From: Lingula anatina
Taxonomy: Eukaryota > Animalia > Brachiopoda
Reading direction: 5' to 3'
Length of the DNA: 64,000 nucleotides
Assembly (NCBI GenBank): GCA_051362555.1
Contig: CM120647.1
Span: 13,058,651 to 13,122,650, forward strand
Within the stretch, counting starts at the first letter, position 1. Each line of letters begins with the position of its first letter. This document shows positions 57,658 to 64,000 of this stretch, piece by piece. Made by a program: the position numbers and the translations under genes. The notes under the pieces are model-generated. The model saw only the letters and a list, made by a program, of their open reading frames with translations, was not told the DNA's origin and made no database searches.

Positions 57658-59310
57658 CAGGGTTACTACTTAATAATGAATATTATTTTTTGGCGAGTAA
57701 ATTTTCTACAAAGTATTTATTTTCTCTCTTACTCTTTTAAATCCAAAACTGAGGTGTCACTTTATGTGTAGCCAGGTGTGTTACCTAATTACCATGCTAC
57801 ATTCGAAACAACTAATGTAAGCAGTTGCATGTTCTGTGGTCAGAAATGTGAGGGGTGGTCTTTTAGGCAATTTCTGCCCTTGTATAAAAACGCATGGGTT
57901 TGGTCAATCTTTGGAGTGTATTTAGAGAAGCAACAAAGGGATCGCTCTGAAACTTGTCAGGTACCTTAGAGAAGATATGGTTCGACAGCTAAGCAACGCA
58001 GCTTACTATGGGATTCTTGGTCTCAGAGAAAATGGCTAGAAACGGACAGCCATTGCCAGACAACTCAACATTTTTCAGGAACCGTTAGTAAAGTCCTCCA
58101 AACAAATGCTACAACAGGGGCATCTACTCCAATACTTCCACCAGGGTGTCCGCGTACCACACCAAGAAGACAGGATCGCCTTCTCCTTAGAGTGCGCCGT
58201 GCTGGTCGTACAAAGGCAACCAGTGTCCTCAAAAAAAGAGTGGCAGAATGCCTTTCAAACGCCCGTTTCAAGGTCCCTTGTAAACAAGAGATTACAGCAA
58301 GCCGGTTATTTTGCACGAAGGCCAGTAGGGAAAACACTGTTATCAGCAGGTCATACACAGCGACGTCTGCAATGGGCTGGGGACCACGTGCGTTTGCAGC
58401 CAAAACACTGGAATCACGTCGTTTTCAGTGATGAGGCCAGATATGGAATTTAGGGGGTTGACTGTCGAATCCGTCCCGCCGACGTGTACGAGGGGCATAA
58501 AACGATGATTGTGTACTACCTTGGGTGCAAGCAGGGGGTGGTAACGTCTCTGTTTGGGGAGCATTCCATGCCCAGAACCAGTTGGTTTTTCTAGGAGGCA
58601 ACCTCAACCAGGGTTCCTACAGAGACATTCTACAGCAAACAATGCTTCGATTTGAAAGAGTCATCTTCAGGAACAACTTTGTGTACCAAGACGACTGTGC
58701 AACCCCACATCGAGCTCGCAGAATCACTGTTTTTCTTCAAAACCAATGGGTTCAGCAACTGCCCTGGCCTGCAAACTTCCCAGTAATGAACCCAATTGAA
58801 AATCTGTGGGCGGAAGAAACTCAGAGAATTAATAGCTATGGTCATCGGCCGGTAAATAGTGATGAAATGCGACAGGCAAATATCACTGCGTGGAATGATA
58901 TCCCTATCCAAACTCTAAAAAACTTGTCACAGGGTATGGCATTTAGGATGAGGGCGCTGCAAGCGGCTGCTGGAGGTCATCCCCGCTATTGATGACTTTT
59001 CATGATTTACTGTAATGATTTCGTTGACTGTGTAACATATCACTGTCCGGAGGCTATCATTTTCTTTCATATCTTAGCTTAAAGTTAATACTGACATCAA
59101 ACTGTTGATATGGTTTTCTGGGGGTGTTCTTTTCTTTTGAATGACTCTTACGTCAGATTTGATATTATTGACCAAAATATCTCACAATAGAAGACTGGAT
59201 ATTTTTCTCACTCAGTGATATACTTTTTTGATGAATCAAGCCAAAATATATATAATCAGCACTCAAAAATAACAATGATAAAAAATATTCCATATTAAGT
59301 AGTAACCCTG
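57658..59310 (+). mobile_element. Tc1-family (DD34E) DNA transposon, full length but with a disrupted transposase
   Basis: TA|cagggttactacttaat ... attaagtagtaaccctg|TA. Transposase pieces run ~57977-58992 with VVFSDEAR, YQDDCATPH, WPANFPVMNPIENLW (34 residues between D and E) and GGHPRY. There is an early stop and frameshifts. Confidence 0.93.
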
Positions 59311-59329
59311 TATGTTCTGTAGACTTAAC

Positions 59330-59630
59330 AAACTAAAAACTAAAAACAAAGTTAAGATGAATTGAATTAATAAAATATGACCTAAGAGTTTGAGGTAAGA
59401 TAATGATGTTCAGTTAATATTTCCGAGTTATAAAATGATCTTTAATAAAATTTGTTAAAAAGGTATGTTTTTAAAGCTTTTTTAAAATCCTTCACTGAGA
59501 TAATGCTTCTCAAGTCCACAGGAAATTTATTCCACTCATGTGGTGCCGCGTACTGGAATGATTTTTCGCCAAAAGATTGTGTTAATAGTCTCGACACCCA
59601 AGTTTGAAACCTATCATTTATTATGAATCC
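59330..59630 (-). mobile_element. 3' remnant of a CR1/L2-type LINE
   Basis: The minus strand reads SFGEKSFQYAAPHEWNKFPVDLRSIISVKDFKKALKTYLFNKFY* (stop at 59442-59444), a typical ORF2 C-terminus of these clades. Confidence 0.78.
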
Positions 59631-60139
59631 CTCACGAAAAAGTCCTATAGGATCCTATAGGAAATTGGCCCAATTCGTAAGGGATGGCCTTCGCTGCAGG
59701 ATACGTTTAAATGCCCAGTTAACATTGCATGACCTCATGGTTCAGCTGGTAATGATTTGACAGTCTAACCGCTACCTCATATGGCCCTGATATTTCTGTT
59801 GTGGGTGTTCTATGTATCTTTTTTAGAGAAAGTCATTTTATGCCCCGCATATTCAATTCATTTTAATGTAGATGTAGGCCTACATGGTGAATACGGGTCC
59901 AATCGGTTGTAATGTATTTCCATAACATGTGCTTGTTAACTGAGTGAACTAGGTTATTGCCCTTGCACTATGGTGTCTGTATGTGTTTGCGAAATAATAT
60001 TTGAAAAAAAAAAAAAAAAAAAAAAAAAAAAGAAGGGTTTGGTGTTGCTTGTGTGGAAGTAAGAATACCCCACTCTCCAGGTTTCAGAAGATTATTTACG
60101 CAACATGATTTTTTTTTCCTATTTATTTATTTATTTTTT

Positions 60140-60380
60140 GGTTCAACGTTGTCTCAACGTTAAAACAACATAATTTGCCCGCTGGGATACTAATACAAAA
60201 AAGTATTTTGCCATCGGAATGCCCTGCTGCAATAGGAAACTGTCTTTAGTTTCAAGCACCCGCACTAAGTAATGCAAAGATACAACAAGTAGGGTAAAAC
60301 ATCCCACGGTTGAATCAACGTTCATTTTGGTGGATCAACGTTGAATCAACGTAGAATCAATGTCGTTTGCCTGCTGGGAT
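60140..60380. mobile_element. Fragments of CCCAGC-terminus elements with tcaacgtt subrepeats
   Basis: Two ends, tttgcccgctggga (~60174-60187) and tttgcctgctggga (~60366-60379), are each preceded by (t)caacgtt repeats. Confidence 0.55.
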
Positions 60381-60459
60381 GGTGGTGCCTAGGACGCATT
60401 GCCCAGTCATAGAGAGTCATTTAAGGTAATACGCCCTATTTAGTTCAAGCTACAGACTT

Positions 60460-61320
60460 GACATTTAATATGGAATATTTTTTCCAAATCATAAATAATC
60501 ATTTTTTTTCCTATTTTGCGGACTGATAAATGAAAATAAGGATCAAAATCGTTTTTAATAACTTTTGATAATCTGTTAGATGTCATTGTGACATCAGTTC
60601 ATTAATTGAATTCGCCAGTGAAGCAAACAAAAATGCATTGCCTGTTTCAAGTCATACGCCAACCATTGAAAGCGATATTTTGGATCTCCATGTTTTCCAA
60701 ATTATCATCTTTAAAAGAGTTACACGCCCCACAAAGGCCCCTCATGTCAGTGTCTAATCACAGCAACAGTCGCTGTTATGCCTGACCTCATCTTCCTGGT
60801 ACCAGAGCTTTCAAGCGGCAAGGCATTCCTTAGGATAGGTTTTTAGAATTTAATCTGGAATAAAATTCCAGGCAACGGTTAAAACTTGTCCAATTTGGTT
60901 CAGTTTTGTTGTAGGAGATGCAGGCCGTTGATTCGGCGACTAATGGCCTACCCACATATTGACTATGTGGTTTCAATTATGGCGATTTTGATGACCGAGG
61001 TAGCTGTTCGCTCCCTTGGTTCTGTAAGTTATCTGCTATTTAAATTGCTCTGTGTGAACCGACAATCTCATCGTGCAACCTTAAATTGTTCCTATCAAAT
61101 GATAGTCAAGTGGTTCCCAGATTATTCCTTTATTTTATCTGGTTCAAGTTTTCATCGATGACTTCCAATGGTGTTTTGGCACCAATGTGGTATCCACTCA
61201 AAATATTGACGCTGTCAATGATCCTAGTCACTTCAAAAGCGGCACACGCCTTGTCGTAGACCTCTTCAGGATGTCTGTAAACTCTGTTTTGACCATACAG
61301 TTGAAATCTGACCTCAATAA
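60460..61320 (-). mobile_element. Decayed Tc1/mariner-like remnant (same family as 45560-46430)
   Basis: Shares ttccaaattatcatct, ggataggttttagaatttaatctggaataa.attccaggca, aaaacttgtccaatttggttcagt and related blocks with the reverse complement of 45560-46430. Confidence 0.6.
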
Positions 61321-64000
61321 ACAAAAACACGAGGTTTCAATGTTCTACCAAGAAACGGTCATGGTCCCACAATTCATTAGAGAAACAGACTACTCTGTTT
61401 TGCTGTTTACAGCGGCTCATTTCTCTAGCAAAGACCATGTGTTGCTGTTGTCAGATACTCTCACCGGCCGCTGGTGGTATGAAGGACTTACCTTATTACT
61501 GAGGTGCAGTACAGTATACAGTATATATATTTTTTCAGATCCCAATCAGACGACCGATTTTCATAATCGGTCCTCCGCGACCGGAACTACTTTCCTCCAT
61601 AAGCTCTTATTCTCCGATCCGCACAACACATGCCTGAAGTTTTATGAGCTCCTGCAACCAGTTGTAGATGCCAATACCGTTGTCGAGGACCCACGAATTT
61701 TGAAAACTACACAAAGAATAGGTAAACCACATTACAATGATATTGCCGCTCAATGAGTCTTAAGAATTCCCTGTCGTAAGAGTATTTAATAATGAGGTTG
61801 TACCCCAAAATACCTTCTTTAGAACTATTTTTAAAATATACATTCAATACAGAGTGAAACAAATATCTGTTTTAGCCGAGCTATATGCCAGCATACCGGT
61901 TTTGGAAACCATGCACAAGGAGGAGGCTATCGGTCCGGAAGAAGATCATGCTCTATTTGATAACATTGGTTTGTTTAAAGAAAAAATTGTCCAAGGCAAC
62001 AATTGCATAGAGTATTTAAAATGGTTGGAGGCTCGGACCAACGATGAAATGGTTGAAGTTTATCGTTTCCACAAGCAGCAAACTCAGCTTATACTTCACA
62101 GCAGAGGTGAGTCTTCAATTGATTTTACCTCACAAATAATTGATTCCCTAAACGTAAAGAGACGAAATACGTTTAAGTATATAAACCACATCTCTAATTC
62201 TCATTCCATTTCCATCTCAAACCCTTAAGGAACCGTAGACTTGATTTTCGCGCCAATTCTTGATTGTCCTCGGTAAAAAATACAAATCATTATTAGACCA
62301 TTCCCTACACTTTCGATAGAAGTATTCTACCATTTTTATTAAATAAGTAGGCTATTAACGAATCATGATTCATTTGTCTAGATCTGCCATATTTTGTCTG
62401 AAATTACAGAAGAAAAATCGAAATTGGTACTTTTATTTCGGTGGTTTCTCATTTTGAAAGTTTGAATTAAAAAGGAAAATAAGATTGCAGGATATGTAGA
62501 CGTGAACGTAAAATTTAGGGAAAATTTCAAACTAGAATAGTTTGCATAATAATTACGAGAATACGGCATTATTCTTGAAATATTAATACCAATTTCTCAA
62601 TTTTTGTTGCGGGATTTAAATAGGTTGTCGATTTGTTTTTAGGAGCCGTGAACAGTGATCGGCCAATGGTTTTTAAAGATAATTTCCACAGTCTGTATTT
62701 GGATGCCCTACTTAAGGTGTATCCTGAAGCAATCTTCATTCACACCTACCGCAATCCAAGCGCATCCGTAGCTTCCCTGTGTTCCGTCTTCGAAGCATTG
62801 AAACTTCTTCTCTATAAGGATCATGGCATCGACTTAAAACAACTTGGCAGGGAGGTATTAAACTGGTCATTTTTTCATGGTGGAATAGAAATGATGAATT
62901 TTCGGAGGAACCACCCAGACCTGGAGCACAGATTCATCGACATTGCGTTTGACGACCTCGTTATATCACCCATGGATGCTGTGAAGAAAATATACGATCA
63001 CTTTGGCCTGGAACTGACTGACCAAGGGAAAGACAACATGGAGGCCTATGTCAAGGAAAATCCACAAAACAAATATGGCCGCCACAAGTTTGACCTGAAG
63101 CGTTATCACCTGACAGAAGAGGAAGTTATGGAGCACTTTAAAGAATATGTGGAGGAGTTCAAAATCCCATGTTGACTTATTATCAGTTAGCTTTTATTAT
63201 CCAGCGTATAGTTGGAATTTTTTTAGGGCTTACTAAGTTAATAATTAATACCACGTTTTGCTTAAATGCTTGAGATTTCCTATACCTTTTTCATAAGTTT
63301 ACTAGGTGTCATAGTGGCGATAAATATACCATTTTAATGAAAAGCATTGATATCATTAAAGAGATAACAACCATTCGTTGATATTTCACAATAAATACAT
63401 TGTAAACAACTTATTGAAATGTATTATATTCCATTTTACGACCAAAACAGTATTTATCGTAATTATATATCATGGAATATGTACTTGCCATCGGACCAAG
63501 TGACATACAAAGATGGCTACCCCTTTTTATATAGGAGATTATTACACAAAAAAATTTGTGTTTAATCATGTTAAATATGGTGTCTGGAATAAAAAGCAAT
63601 GTTTATTTAAATATTCACCTGTGATGTGATCATTTGTAAATAAAAGCACATGGAATCAGGAGTGGGCCAACCTTTTTTACCAATGTTGTATACTGTATTT
63701 TACCACCAAATCTAAGTTTATTCGAGAAAAGAACAGTTTTCTCCTACTCTAGAACCTTGCTTAATTGATCCAGCAATATTAGTTGAGTGTCAAATATCTC
63801 GTGTCCTTTCACGAAATTAGCCGGAGTCATCTGAGATGGTGTGCACTTTTTGGCTGAAGACAATGTTATCTTTAAATTATAAAACCGATTGCTGTAAAGA
63901 TACGGAATCGTATAAACCCCATTCGTCTGACCCAATGGGATTGTGTTTTGAATCCCTACACCATCTTTCCACCCAAAAAATATTGCTTGTTAGATTTCTC

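Larger units (their letters stand above)
57023..63175 (+). pseudogene. Sulfotransferase copy D; 1-bp deletion in exon 2 at the PAPS-binding loop
   Basis: Exons 57023-57280, 61539-61721 (183 bp versus 184 in paralogs; ggtcctccgcg-accggaact), 61876-62106 and 62643-63175. A second partial exon 1 lies at ~61415-61507. Confidence 0.72.

Overview
This is AT-rich, intron-containing invertebrate animal DNA. A mollusc or other lophotrochozoan is plausible but cannot be proven from this window. From left to right it contains: (1) the 5' part of a prolyl endopeptidase gene (PREP, minus strand, 8 exons, continuing off the left edge), head-to-head with (2) a complete 4-exon RBR E3 ligase gene (RNF217-like). 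(3) A 7-exon secreted S1 serine protease has an N-terminal six-Cys clip/beta-defensin-like module and a GC-AG intron. (4) Its intron 5 holds an apparently very recent 11.1-kb non-autonomous Ty3/Gypsy element: ATAT TSD, two seemingly identical 3,884-bp LTRs, tRNA-Leu PBS, gag, a -1 frameshift into protease, no RT/RNaseH/integrase, and an extra intact two-finger C2H2 ORF. Each LTR carries a ~1.65-kb array of roughly 120 AGATAA (GATA-site) motifs. (5) A tandem and inverted cluster of bacterial-type (Sulfotransfer_3-like) sulfotransferase genes has one clearly intact copy and several copies with single lesions, interspersed with Harbinger-, Tc1-, EnSpm-like and LINE remnants. Across all genes, exon ends are repeatedly duplicated in tandem together with their splice sites or stop codons. 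All coordinates were read by eye and no database searches were run.
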